64,000 bases of DNA from an uncultured Rhodopirellula sp. (GTDB lineage Bacteria > Planctomycetota > Planctomycetia > Pirellulales > Pirellulaceae), in NCBI GenBank assembly GCA_964007735.1, contig CAXGAI010000015.1, positions 1 through 64,000 of the forward strand. Direction: 5' to 3'. Shown in pieces: positions 29,290 to 39,928 of this stretch. A program made the translations under genes and the position numbers. The notes under the pieces were generated by a model. The model worked only from the letters and a program-made list of their open reading frames with translations. It did no database searches and was not told the DNA's origin. Position 1 is the stretch's first letter. The number at the start of each line of letters is the position of its first letter.

Positions 29290-30747
29290 TTAGGGCTTGC
29301 GCTTCTTCGATAAGGAAGCGGCGTTGTTCATGGGTAGGTAGGTTCTTAGTTGATCTTTTATGTCGTGCACACCGGAATCGGAGGCGAGATTGTTCCACTC
29401 GTGTGGATCTTTTCGGTGATTATAAAGCTCCTCGTCACCATTCGCATAACGAATGTACCTCCAGTTTTTAGTACGAATCGCATGATTGTTGAAGCCATGA
29501 GTCGTGATAGCCGGGTGGGGCCAGTTTGCGGACGGTTTATCTAACAGCATTGTTAAATCTCGCCCGTCGAGATTAGAAACATATGGTAACCCGCATAACG
29601 CATTCAGGGTTGGGAAAATGTCGATGAGACTAACAGGGGCTGTGCAAATAGATGATCGATTCCGATTGTGAGGTAGTGAAATGATGAATGGAACCCGCGT
29701 CGCGCGTTCCCAGAGTGTCATTTTGTGTAAATGCTCCTTTTCGCCGAAATGCCAGCCATGGTCCGACCATAAAACCACGATTGTGTTGTCTGCTGATGGT
29801 CCGGATTCTAATGCATCAAGTAGTCTACCTATCAAAGCGTCAGTGAAAGTGATGCTGGCAAGATAGGCATGAATTAATTCCCTGAACTTACCTTCGGTTT
29901 TTACTAGCTCAAGATCCTCTCGTCTTTGACTTGCCATAGACCGACCCGCTGGTGGCAGGTCCTTTATGTCGTCTTTTAATACGGCGGGCGTTTCTAGAGA
30001 CTCAGAATTGAAAAGCTGGAAGTATTCTTTTGGAGCGTAGAACGGAAGATGAGGACGATAGATTCCGGCTACCATCAAGAAGGGTCGCGGTTGCGTCGTT
30101 TTCAACTGCTCAGTGGCCCATTGAATCATTTGGCCGTCACCGGTATCTTCTAACGGCTTATCAAGTGGCCCCCAGTCGAATTCGCGTGCATTACGTGGCG
30201 GTCTGTTTAGATTCTTGACGGCGTCTATATCATTAAGTGGAAACCCGAAGGGGAAACGAAAAGATGAAATATCCTCTCCGGCGTGTAGTTGTGCTTGGTA
30301 GTGCCCATCAAACCGTTGTTTGAAATAGGAGTCCCAGTCGGAGATGCGATTAAAACCTGGCATATGATGGTATACCTTTCCGCCTCCGATCACCTTATAA
30401 CCGTTGCTTTTAAAATATTGGGGGATTGAATGCGCATTTCCGAGCTTCTGATGCCATTTGACGCTATTGTCATAAACGCCGGTCGTGTTTGGTCTTAAAC
30501 CGGTGAGCGTTGCGACACGTGACGGGTTGCATACAGGAGCTGCACAATGGGCATTGGTAAACAGAATTCCGCGCTTTGCCAGTCGATCAATATGGGGTGT
30601 TTGAGTGTCAGGGTGACCGTCAAGACACCCGACCCAGTCATTCATGTCATCCACTACGATCATTAAAACATTCGGCCGCTCAGACTCCTGTCCATGGCTA
30701 ATGCTAGCCATGGCGATAAGGATAAATATAGATCGTAATAAAATCAT
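29290..30747 (-). CDS. Sulfatase (iduronate-2-/choline-sulfatase-like)
   Basis: VDDMNDW, CNPSRVATLTG, GKVYH, RPHLP, WSDHGWHFGEK. Confidence 0.92.
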   Translation of the reverse strand: MILLRSIFILIAMASISHGQESERPNVLMIVVDDMNDWVGCLDGHPDTQTPHIDRLAKRGILFTNAHCAAPVCNPSRVATLTGLRPNTTGVYDNSVKWHQKLGNAHSIPQYFKSNGYKVIGGGKVYHHMPGFNRISDWDSYFKQRFDGHYQAQLHAGEDISSFRFPFGFPLNDIDAVKNLNRPPRNAREFDWGPLDKPLEDTGDGQMIQWATEQLKTTQPRPFLMVAGIYRPHLPFYAPKEYFQLFNSESLETPAVLKDDIKDLPPAGRSMASQRREDLELVKTEGKFRELIHAYLASITFTDALIGRLLDALESGPSADNTIVVLWSDHGWHFGEKEHLHKMTLWERATRVPFIISLPHNRNRSSICTAPVSLIDIFPTLNALCGLPYVSNLDGRDLTMLLDKPSANWPHPAITTHGFNNHAIRTKNWRYIRYANGDEELYNHRKDPHEWNNLASDSGVHDIKDQLRTYLPMNNAASLSKKRKP

Positions 30748-30767
30748 AGAACTTGATGCCGAGAGGT

Positions 30768-32327
30768 TTATTTTTCCGGAGACGGTGGCGAGGGTATCTG
30801 TTCCCCGTCAAAAAAGTAACGTGGATACTGCCAGATATGTTTGCGTGCGAGTGTTTTGTTGGAAATAGACATAACTTCTTGAGTCAGCTTGTGAAGAAGC
30901 GAGGGGTTTAACAGGGGATCCGCAGTATTGATTCTCCAATGATGTAACTCTTGAAGTAGGTTAGCCTTTATTTGTTGATGATTTGGTGAGTCGGCAAGAT
31001 TGGTGAATTCATACGAGTCAGTTTGGAGGTCATAAAGTTGAATTGACGGCGGACGCTGCATGGTTTCATACGCAGTGCGGACATCACTGGACGCGTTGGC
31101 TATTAGTTGCGGAATATTCAATTCGTGGTTCGACTCACGGCGTTCATGGTCGCCGTGCAATTTGCGAATGGTGTCGGCGTAATCGGGATGCTCCGTGTCC
31201 GATAGCAGACTTAAGATTAATTTAAAACGACCCCTACGAACTGATCTTTGGGGGAAATAGTTCGGGGCCGCAGCATGAGTGTGATATTCCGCAAATAGAT
31301 ATTCACGAAACGGTGTACCTGATCTTGGTTTATCTTCAAACAGGGGTTGTAATGCTTGCCCCGGGAGATTGTTGGGAGCTGGAAGATCGAGGGCACTAAG
31401 AATCGTTGGCATCAAATCTATTGTCGATACAAATTCATCAGTACGAGACGGTTGGATGTGACCAGGCCAACGCATTATCAATGGAATTCTAAGCCCTCCC
31501 TCGTAGCACGTTCGCTTACCCCGAAGCATATCGGCACCGTGATCACCCAGATAAATGACAATCGTGTTATCCGCTTTGCCTGACGTCGCTAGTACTTCTA
31601 ATAATTCTCCAATTAGAGTATCTAAACGACTAATGCAATTGTAGTAATCGGCAACGAGCTCACGAATTGCCGGGCCATCAACTCCCATATAGGGCATGGT
31701 TTTGACTTGATCGGCGTTTAGCGGGTGTTTCGGAATTCCATCCACTTGCCGTATCCATGGGTCATGGGCATCGGGGTAGTTAATACTAAGGAAAAAAGGC
31801 TGGGCGCTTTCATCGATGAAGGTCTCAGCAAATTTTGCATAGGCACTTAGATCTTTGCGTTGGAAATTAGCGCCGGTGATTTCTTGAAAGTCAAATGGGA
31901 AGGCGCTGGCAGGATTGATGTGTAGCTTTCCAATAATACCGGTGCGGTAGCCGGCCTTTTTCAAGAGACGGGGTAACGTAGGCGTCTGATTGTTGTAAAG
32001 GCGGAACCCCCAGGTTGCGAGACCGAATTGTCCATGTTGATGCGGGTAGAGTCCTGTGAGGTAACTTGCACGGGACTGGCTACACCCGGATTGAGGAACG
32101 TAAGCATTGGTGAAGCAAACTCCTTCACTAGCAAGCCTGTCGATATTTGGCGTTTGCGCGTAGGGGTCGCCGTAACAACCGATCTCCGGACCGTGATCTT
32201 CTGAAACGATGAGTAAGATATTAGGTTTGCTCGCCGCAGATAGATTGCTAAGGCATATCAGCATGCTGGCAGCAATGATGGGCGAACGCATTGTTTGTTG
32301 AAGAATCACTCTGGATCTATGAAACAA
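30768..32327 (-). CDS. Sulfatase (heparan N-sulfatase/sulfamidase-like)
   Basis: SEDHG, CSQSRASYLTG, GKLH, DAHDP, GDHG, RGKR..YEGG. Real start may be ATG 32291. Confidence 0.9.
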   Translation of the reverse strand: MFHRSRVILQQTMRSPIIAASMLICLSNLSAASKPNILLIVSEDHGPEIGCYGDPYAQTPNIDRLASEGVCFTNAYVPQSGCSQSRASYLTGLYPHQHGQFGLATWGFRLYNNQTPTLPRLLKKAGYRTGIIGKLHINPASAFPFDFQEITGANFQRKDLSAYAKFAETFIDESAQPFFLSINYPDAHDPWIRQVDGIPKHPLNADQVKTMPYMGVDGPAIRELVADYYNCISRLDTLIGELLEVLATSGKADNTIVIYLGDHGADMLRGKRTCYEGGLRIPLIMRWPGHIQPSRTDEFVSTIDLMPTILSALDLPAPNNLPGQALQPLFEDKPRSGTPFREYLFAEYHTHAAAPNYFPQRSVRRGRFKLILSLLSDTEHPDYADTIRKLHGDHERRESNHELNIPQLIANASSDVRTAYETMQRPPSIQLYDLQTDSYEFTNLADSPNHQQIKANLLQELHHWRINTADPLLNPSLLHKLTQEVMSISNKTLARKHIWQYPRYFFDGEQIPSPPSPEK

Positions 32328-32339
32328 TTTAACGGTCCA

Positions 32340-33824
32340 TTACTTGTGGAGGGCTTTGAGTTCGTGGGTAAGTCGACGTGACATCGCACGTCGGACCTGT
32401 TGGTATTCCTCAGAGTGGATTTGATTTCTGTATTCAATAGTATAATTATGTTCATGACGGATACTGTCAGGGTTATCGTAATCGTACAACTCCTCCTGCA
32501 GTACAGTTCCATCTTTTAGATCTACCCATTTTGTATACCGATGTGTAGGTGTTCTAACAGAGTATCCCATTGTTTCAGGGGATTTACTATTCCAGGGTCT
32601 GCTGAATTGGCTCATGACGTGTTGCTGAACTCTGGCACTCGGTCGCCGGAGAACTTTGGTAAGAGGAAGGCCGGCAAGGCCGCTTGGTGGATTTATGTTT
32701 GCAAGAGCAACAACGGTTGGATAGAGGTCGACCAATCCCACCAGTGCGTTTGTGGATTTTCCAGGGGCGGCCATCTCAGGAATATGAATAATTAACGGAA
32801 CCCGTGTGTCTAATTCAAAGTTTGTACCTTTACACCATCGATGTCCTTCTCCGAGCGAAAACCCGTGATCGCCCCAAAGTATTACTACCGTTGATTTGTC
32901 CAGTCCGGTTTGCTCTAGTGCTTGTAAAAGTTTTCCTACCTGCGCATCTACATAGCTCACGCACGCGTAATATCCCCGTCTTAATGTTGCCTCCATTTCA
33001 TCGGCAAGGATTTCATCCGATGGGATTCCCCGATAACCGCCAAGTTCTCGATGCGAATGATAGGCGATTGGTGGAGCATCCGGTGATCCTGAATTTTTAT
33101 AAGAGTAGTGGAAATCCTGGTCTCTGTGTAAATCCCAATATTGTTTGGGAGCATTGAAGGGCAGATGAGGTTTGAAAAATCCGACAGCCAAAAAAAAAGG
33201 ACGTCCACTATTTTGTAGGGTGTTTAGCTTGGCGATTGCTAATGCTGCAAGTTTCCCGTCAGGATAATCGGCATCAGAAACATCTGGCATTTCGAAGGCT
33301 GCTTGTTTGCCCGCCGCCTGATTGTGATTAGTTACATATGTGTTCCAGTGGGGCTCCCTCAGGATCTCCCCACGATTCCAGGACAGAGGATCCAGTTCTC
33401 TCTGATTGCCGCTGAAGACTTTCCCCAAGGCCATAGTGTGGTAGCCTTGGCTTGCTAACATCTGGGGCATTGTTATTGTATTTGGGCGATGCTGCCGGAA
33501 CTGATTACGATTATGCCAAACTTCGGTTTCGTCTGGCATTAATCCGGTCAAAACTGAGGTTCGTGAGGGCCCGCAAACAGCTTGCTGTGCGTACGCATGG
33601 TTGAAAATCCGGCTTCTTTTCGCCAACTGGTCGATGTTAGGTGTGATAGCCAATGGGTCACCATAGCACCCTAATGCCGGACGTAGGTCATCAACACAGA
33701 TAAATAAGAAGTTTGGTCTGTCTACCGACTTACTCTCTGCCGCATGGCATGCCGCCGCGACGCCTAACAATAGACAGCACGAGAGACTGACTTGGCTTTT
33801 CAAAAGGGCGCAAGGCTTGTGCAT
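32340..33824 (-). CDS. Sulfatase (iduronate-2-sulfatase-like)
   Basis: VDDLRP, CGPSRTSVLTG, KPHLPF, YYACVSYVDAQVG, WGDHG. Confidence 0.92.
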   Translation of the reverse strand: MHKPCALLKSQVSLSCCLLLGVAAACHAAESKSVDRPNFLFICVDDLRPALGCYGDPLAITPNIDQLAKRSRIFNHAYAQQAVCGPSRTSVLTGLMPDETEVWHNRNQFRQHRPNTITMPQMLASQGYHTMALGKVFSGNQRELDPLSWNRGEILREPHWNTYVTNHNQAAGKQAAFEMPDVSDADYPDGKLAALAIAKLNTLQNSGRPFFLAVGFFKPHLPFNAPKQYWDLHRDQDFHYSYKNSGSPDAPPIAYHSHRELGGYRGIPSDEILADEMEATLRRGYYACVSYVDAQVGKLLQALEQTGLDKSTVVILWGDHGFSLGEGHRWCKGTNFELDTRVPLIIHIPEMAAPGKSTNALVGLVDLYPTVVALANINPPSGLAGLPLTKVLRRPSARVQQHVMSQFSRPWNSKSPETMGYSVRTPTHRYTKWVDLKDGTVLQEELYDYDNPDSIRHEHNYTIEYRNQIHSEEYQQVRRAMSRRLTHELKALHK

Positions 33825-33825
33825 G

Positions 33826-36324
33826 TTATTTCTCGAAAGACACCTGTACTTCCAGAATGCCCAGAGCGGCGTCCTGTTGAGGTTTCATTTTAATTCTGAT
33901 GGCGTCACACTGCAGGGGTGCTGCTGGGTGAACTACGTTGTATTGGTTTGCCCGCGTGTCATATCGATCCGTTGTGTACAAATTAAAGGGCCGCCATTTT
34001 CCGTCTTGTTCGACTTCTAAAGACCACTGCTCCGGAAACTTAACGTCAAACTGATCCTGCATCCAGAATACACCAACGCTGCGTATGTCCTTCGTTTCCC
34101 GGAATCGGGCTTCGATCCACTGCGGTTGCCCATTTTGCCCGCGGCTGGTCCAGCGAGGTACTTTGTTACCGCTGGACCATTCGGGCTCTTTACCGTCTCC
34201 GACTGCATTGACTGTGTCGAGCTCGGACGTGTACGAGGCAGATAATTCCCTGAAGGTACTTTCCTTTGGAAGTGCATGAGGATCGAATACGGTCATCGCT
34301 TTCTTTCTTGGGAACCATACGGTCATGGAGCTAGTACCTCGATTATTCCAGGCGTAATACGGAGTTAACCGTAATCGAACTCGCGAGGAACCGCCGGTGC
34401 GTGTCACAGCGCGTGCCGAGATATCTGCCTGAATAAACGATCCGTGCTCAACTTCGGTGGTGTGCACGCTGTTTTGCCGACTATTAGGCAAGCGTTCAAA
34501 ATAGAAACGCTGGGTCGCTCCTCCGTTGTCTATCCCCTCGGCACATAGAACGAAGGGGCCGCGGGTAAAGCAGATGCGGTCGTGGTTGGCCTCGACTAAC
34601 GGATGGCAAATAGTTCCTCGGATGGGCATCGGCAATTCCAGTGTTACTAGGTCACCTGCGGTCCATTCTCGCTCGATGGTGGCGAAACCTTTAACAATGT
34701 GTAACCCCACTGGTTCGCCATTCACCTCCAGTGAGATATTTAATCGAGGGCTGTCAGTAAAGCGGTAAAGGTTTCCGGGAACGAATTGGTCCTGTGTCCA
34801 GGTGGGTATACGGATCTTAAGACTAAATGTCGATGGTTGTGATGGATTCAATGTGATTGCGACGTTGCCGTCATTAGGATAATTCGTGCTCTGTTTTACA
34901 CCGACGTTGACTCCTCGCAGGTTAAGTTGCGTGGCGCTCTCAGCAAAGAATGTAATAAAGAGTTCCTCGTCGTCATGAGCATAGGTCATTCCGGGGACCT
35001 GAGGTAATAGACGGGCCATGTTGGAAGGGCAGCAGGCCGTGCCAAACCAAGGGGCGCGTCCCGCCGTTCCATGATTGAAAGGAAATTTGCCGTCGGCATC
35101 CAGCGGATTGACATAAAAGAATCGGTTTCCTTCCAAATTGACCGCGGCCAGTACGTTATTGAGTAAGGCGACTTCGGCCACGTCCAGAAATTTGGCATCC
35201 TTCGTCAAGAGAAACATCCTGTAGTTAAATAGGACATTGCCAACCGCGGCACAGGTTTCATTGAATGCATCCGCATTGGGAAGTTCATACTTTGGCCCGA
35301 AGCCTTCAATCCCGTGCACTGCACCGAGACCACCGGTAATGTGCATGCGTGAGTCGGTGATATTCCCCCATATGCGGTTCAATGCCCGTTCGTATGCGGG
35401 TTCCCCAGTCAGCGTCCCAACGTCAGCCATGGCGGAGTATTGATATGTCGCACGAACCGCATGGCCCACCGCTTCTACCTGGTCAATAACGGGGGCATGT
35501 TGTTGGGCATAGGTGGGGGCCATGACGCCTTCCCCACCGGGCACATAAGTTTTGCCTCGGATTTCAAGGAACTTGCGCGCCATATCGAGATAGAGTTGTT
35601 TACCAGTGGCTCGGTAAAGTCGTACAAGTGCGAGTTCCATTTCCTGATGGCCCGGAGCCTGCATCACAGGTTTACCCCCGTTGTAAGCAGCGTCGCCTTC
35701 AAAAATGACTCTGTTGATGTGTTGGGCACTTTTTTCTGCTGCATCTAAAAGTGTTCGTTTGCCGGTTGCTAAATAATAGGCGACGGCCGCTTCGTACATA
35801 TGTCCGACGTTATATAGCTCGTGACTGTGGACGATAAATGTATATGGGCTATCCCCCATCATATCTCGTTCTTTCCCAACGCCCGTGGTGTGGGATGGAT
35901 AGAGGTAGCCGTTTTTGTGTTGGGCTGAACAGATCAATTCGGCCAACTCGTCTAAGGTGTTTTCAAGGACGGGGTCCTCATTAAGTTGGAGAAGATAGGC
36001 AGCTCCTTCCATGACCTTATAGAGATCCGAATCGATAAAACGGTGGGGTCGGTGTTCGTCCTGCTTGATCCCCCGTAGGTAATCACGGGCTGCTTCAAGA
36101 TGCTTCACGCCGGTTTGTGTGCGTTCAAACGCGAAGGGGACCAAAGTTTTTCGTTGGGTAACCAATCGCGGCCTCCAGAATTCACTGGTGATCGTTACGT
36201 TGTTAAAGGGCACCGGCTTAAGGGGATAGTCAGCCGCCGTTGCGCCTAGAGATTGAATGATTAGAACGAGGCAAATAACCCACGACTTTATTGGCAAAAC
36301 TATACGCACTTCAGCTAACTCCAT
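33826..36324 (-). CDS. Glycoside hydrolase family 127 with a C-terminal discoidin (F5/8C)-like domain
   Basis: DSDLYK, HELY..GH, GHQE, GHAVRA, ETCAA, FFYVNPL, CCPSN, PYYAWNNRG; extra beta-sandwich at the C-terminus. Confidence 0.92.
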   Translation of the reverse strand: MELAEVRIVLPIKSWVICLVLIIQSLGATAADYPLKPVPFNNVTITSEFWRPRLVTQRKTLVPFAFERTQTGVKHLEAARDYLRGIKQDEHRPHRFIDSDLYKVMEGAAYLLQLNEDPVLENTLDELAELICSAQHKNGYLYPSHTTGVGKERDMMGDSPYTFIVHSHELYNVGHMYEAAVAYYLATGKRTLLDAAEKSAQHINRVIFEGDAAYNGGKPVMQAPGHQEMELALVRLYRATGKQLYLDMARKFLEIRGKTYVPGGEGVMAPTYAQQHAPVIDQVEAVGHAVRATYQYSAMADVGTLTGEPAYERALNRIWGNITDSRMHITGGLGAVHGIEGFGPKYELPNADAFNETCAAVGNVLFNYRMFLLTKDAKFLDVAEVALLNNVLAAVNLEGNRFFYVNPLDADGKFPFNHGTAGRAPWFGTACCPSNMARLLPQVPGMTYAHDDEELFITFFAESATQLNLRGVNVGVKQSTNYPNDGNVAITLNPSQPSTFSLKIRIPTWTQDQFVPGNLYRFTDSPRLNISLEVNGEPVGLHIVKGFATIEREWTAGDLVTLELPMPIRGTICHPLVEANHDRICFTRGPFVLCAEGIDNGGATQRFYFERLPNSRQNSVHTTEVEHGSFIQADISARAVTRTGGSSRVRLRLTPYYAWNNRGTSSMTVWFPRKKAMTVFDPHALPKESTFRELSASYTSELDTVNAVGDGKEPEWSSGNKVPRWTSRGQNGQPQWIEARFRETKDIRSVGVFWMQDQFDVKFPEQWSLEVEQDGKWRPFNLYTTDRYDTRANQYNVVHPAAPLQCDAIRIKMKPQQDAALGILEVQVSFEK

Positions 36325-36655
36325 AACAAGGAGGGGGCGATCGAATGGTTTGGTAATCTTATCTTAATAGATCGATGAAAGGTATTGTAGGTAACCGTTA
36401 AAAGCATGTAATACCTTCGCAATTGCCGGGCCGGGTCGAGATTGGCGGGATTTTAGACAACCATTTCAAGTCCTGCACCTTTTGACAGAGTTCTAATCAA
36501 GTTAATACTGAGTTGGATCCTAAGGTTATCCGGAATTTGAATAGGAGTCGCTCCACGGCAACCAATCGTTTCGATAAGTGGTTCAGGAAAACAGGATCAC
36601 GAACTATCGATTACAATAACGGCTTCCGAGACGATATAAGAAGGAACGGTCCTAG

Positions 36656-37597
36656 ATGAGAAAAATCGCGTTTGCCTTATTTGTTGTTGTTTGTTTTACG
36701 CCATTATTTGGCACTACAAAGGAAACCCCGGATACCTGGGGTAAACCAACACGCACAAAAGCTGAGTTTTACGCTGCGGATGACGTACCGCAGTCGCACA
36801 TCGATCTCACGAAGTATTGGTATGAAGTTGCTTCGAACGAATGGGGCAATTTTGGCCCCTTGGAGTTTTGGATCGTCGGCAGCGACGTCGAAGCTGCTAA
36901 GCGATTAGATAATCGCTACTGTAAAATTAGAAAACAGAAAGATAACCGTTCCAATGCAGATAACTGCAGAAATAGAAGTCATAATTTCGAGAGATATGCC
37001 AAAGAAGGAAACGCAGGACTGAATACGCAGAGAAATGAGCATAGTGATTGGTCAGGTTTTATTGTAACCATGGCGTCAAAGAATCCGGGACCTCAGGAAG
37101 ATGACTACAAATCCGTGACGCTACATGAATATTTCCATGTGTACCAGCACGCCCATATTTTTAGCAAAAACCGCGAAGAGCGAGAGAGTCGAACGCAACG
37201 CAATCCCTGGTGGATTGAGGGTGGTGCTGAATATATGGCTCAGCTGTTGTATTCACGCCAACCCGATGTCCGCGACGACTATCTAAAAGACAAAATGAAG
37301 CAAAAGCTTCGCGCTATGAACGATTTGGAGGACGGCGAATCTATTCGAGATATTCCCTATGGGCGGCGAGGTCACATCGCCTATAGTCTTGGTGCTTGGT
37401 TTGTTGCCTTCGTAATCGATAAGAGCAGTGAAGAGGCCTTTACGAGGGGATTTTTCAAAGACCTAAACAGATTGGGTTTTGAAGGCTCTTTTAAAAAGAA
37501 CTTTGATGGGACCTCCCAGGAGTTTCTAAGAGAGTTCCATGAGGAGTTCCTGAAAAAGCCCGAATCTGAAAAGTTGGAAATATTACCCGTGGGATAA
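36656..37597 (+). CDS. Secreted gluzincin-like hypothetical protein
   Basis: Signal peptide; LHEYFHVYQ...PWWIEGGAEY; AAGGA upstream. Confidence 0.7.
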   Translation: MRKIAFALFVVVCFTPLFGTTKETPDTWGKPTRTKAEFYAADDVPQSHIDLTKYWYEVASNEWGNFGPLEFWIVGSDVEAAKRLDNRYCKIRKQKDNRSNADNCRNRSHNFERYAKEGNAGLNTQRNEHSDWSGFIVTMASKNPGPQEDDYKSVTLHEYFHVYQHAHIFSKNREERESRTQRNPWWIEGGAEYMAQLLYSRQPDVRDDYLKDKMKQKLRAMNDLEDGESIRDIPYGRRGHIAYSLGAWFVAFVIDKSSEEAFTRGFFKDLNRLGFEGSFKKNFDGTSQEFLREFHEEFLKKPESEKLEILPVG

Positions 37598-39928
37598 ATC
37601 GTAGTTTTGGATAGGGAGGTCTCGGATCCGTTTACCTGTTGCCGAAAAGATTGCATTGCAAAGGGCCGGAGAAAAGGAGCCGATACCGGTTTCCCCCACG
37701 CCTCCCGGGGCAGCCAAGCTTTCAACGATGTCGATATTGATTGAATTCGGACTGTCACTCATTTTGGCAACACGAAATCCGTCAAAGTTGCTATGTAGTG
37801 CGCGACCCTTTTTCATGGGCATCTCACCATAAAGTGCCTGTGAAATTCCCATAATCGTTGCCCCTTCAACTTGGGCGAGTACTCGGTCAGGACTAACGAT
37901 CGTACCAGCGTCGATCGAGACCCACACATCATCGACGGATAAATCCCCTGCTGGAGATACAGTGACTTCAACGACATGACCGGTGTAACCGAGGAAACTG
38001 CGACAGCAGGCGATCCCCAATCCCTTACCATCGGGTAAATGCGGGCGGCGACTCCATTTTGAGTTTGTTGCGACCCTCGTTAAAACGTTCTTCAATCTCC
38101 CTATATCGTAGGGATACTCTTCAGGATTCGCCCCGCGATTGCCAAGGTTTAATTTGCTAAGGTCGAGCTTACGGTCTTTCCCAAGTGCCCTTAGGAGGTA
38201 TTCGTACGGGTCACTTCCCGCCGCGTGAGCTAATTCGTCCGCGAACGAAGAGACAGCAAAATTCTGAAAGATATGGCAAACCGCGCGTAACCACCCTATG
38301 CGCGTATGGGCTTTTGCTCTACCCACCTCTACACGGAGGTTCGCGACATCATAGGGCAAGTCGGTTAAGCCCATCTCGGCTTCCCAGGTAGCGGGAGAGT
38401 CAGCCTGGGTATTGAAGGTGGAGCCAATACTCGGATATGCGGCTCGCAATAACCATCCGTCGGGCAACCCATCGTCTTTCAGGCCGGCCTCACAATGGAC
38501 GGCGGAGATGGTGTGAAAATAGTCGTGGCGGAAGTCGTCTTCGCGGGTCCATGTTACGTGGACAGGTTTACCAAGTTCCCGCGAAAGTAAGGCAGCTTCA
38601 ACACAATAATCGGGTTTGCTTTTACGGCCAAAACCAGCGCCAAGTAAAGTCACATCACAGTCAACCTCGTCGTTCGGAATGCCCATTGCCGGACCCACTG
38701 CCTGTTGCACGGCCTGAGGGTTCTGTGTTGCAGCCTTCAAGTAGCAGGAGATCACCTTGCCAGCCCCGTTTGTTTTGACATCCGCCACGGCACAGGTAGT
38801 TTCCATAGGGGCGTGTGGTAAATGGGGTACAGTATACGTGGCGACAACCTTTTTCGAGGCATTGGTGATGGCGCCGGCCGCATCCCCATGCGAACGCATA
38901 ACCTGACCATTCTTTTTAACCGTCGCCTTTAACGCGTTCATAAATTCGTCGGTGTCGTACTTGGCGTTCTCACCTTCGTTCCATTCGATCTTTAAGGCAT
39001 CCCTCCCTTGCCACGCTGCCCACGTACTATCAGCTACAACAGCTACGCCTCCGAGTGGTTGAAATAATGGAGCCCCCTGAAATCTGGAAAGTTCTACAAT
39101 ATCAATGACACCTGGAATCGCCTTGGCTGCATCACGATCATAGGCCACGGGGACACCACCAACGACGGGGCACCTGGCAATCACAGCATACAGCTGGCCA
39201 TCAATACGAGCATCTATGCCAAATACGGCTTGCCCGGTAATGATTTTGTCCATGTCAGCGATTGGAAACTTCTTGCCGATATACTGAAAATCATTCGCTG
39301 ATTTAAATCGGAGATCTGCCGGTGTGGGCGCGTCGAGTTTAATTGCATCTTCCACAAGCTGATGGAAATCCAGCTTTTTCTTGACGCCGTTAAGATAGAC
39401 GGTGTGGTTATTTGTCGAGACGTCATTTACATCAACACCCCAGCGATTAGCTGCTGCCTGTTCCAGCATGTTTCGGGCAGTTGCCCCGGCGGCTCGCATG
39501 GTTTTATAAAAGAAACGTATGCTATTCGATCCATCCGTGTTTTGATCGCCCAGGCGCTTGTCTCCCTTGGCCTGACGGATAACCACTTTGTCCCAATCAG
39601 CACCAAGCTCATCAGCCAAAACCCGGGGTAGCGCTGTCCGTATACCCGTTCCCATTTCGGAACGATGCGCGAGGATCTGTACGGTGCCATCCGGTTCGAC
39701 GGCGACAAAAAGGCTTGGTGATAGATTTCGTTCTGTGGCTAGGTCGCTAGTGTGAGCAGCTGTGGTTGTGCCATCGCCAGAAGCCAAAATGACGAGTGAC
39801 CCCACCGCGATTCCCTTAAGGAAATCGCGTCGATTAACCGAGGATGGATTGTCCGCTTTAATTTCTGTTTCCAGCCGTGATCTCTCAATCATTTGACGTA
39901 GTGTTAAATCTTGCGTCGAACCTGACAT
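37583..39928 (-). CDS. iorB: Xanthine-oxidase-family molybdopterin-binding subunit (isoquinoline 1-oxidoreductase beta-like), Tat signal
   Basis: NRRDFLKG; RSEMGTG, TDGSNS, HAPME, GAGFGRK, WTREDD, GWLRAV, GGVGETG. Start moved to ATG 39928 (TAATG overlap with the small subunit). Confidence 0.88.
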   Translation of the reverse strand: MSGSTQDLTLRQMIERSRLETEIKADNPSSVNRRDFLKGIAVGSLVILASGDGTTTAAHTSDLATERNLSPSLFVAVEPDGTVQILAHRSEMGTGIRTALPRVLADELGADWDKVVIRQAKGDKRLGDQNTDGSNSIRFFYKTMRAAGATARNMLEQAAANRWGVDVNDVSTNNHTVYLNGVKKKLDFHQLVEDAIKLDAPTPADLRFKSANDFQYIGKKFPIADMDKIITGQAVFGIDARIDGQLYAVIARCPVVGGVPVAYDRDAAKAIPGVIDIVELSRFQGAPLFQPLGGVAVVADSTWAAWQGRDALKIEWNEGENAKYDTDEFMNALKATVKKNGQVMRSHGDAAGAITNASKKVVATYTVPHLPHAPMETTCAVADVKTNGAGKVISCYLKAATQNPQAVQQAVGPAMGIPNDEVDCDVTLLGAGFGRKSKPDYCVEAALLSRELGKPVHVTWTREDDFRHDYFHTISAVHCEAGLKDDGLPDGWLLRAAYPSIGSTFNTQADSPATWEAEMGLTDLPYDVANLRVEVGRAKAHTRIGWLRAVCHIFQNFAVSSFADELAHAAGSDPYEYLLRALGKDRKLDLSKLNLGNRGANPEEYPYDIGRLKNVLTRVATNSKWSRRPHLPDGKGLGIACCRSFLGYTGHVVEVTVSPAGDLSVDDVWVSIDAGTIVSPDRVLAQVEGATIMGISQALYGEMPMKKGRALHSNFDGFRVAKMSDSPNSINIDIVESLAAPGGVGETGIGSFSPALCNAIFSATGKRIRDLPIQNYDLSHG

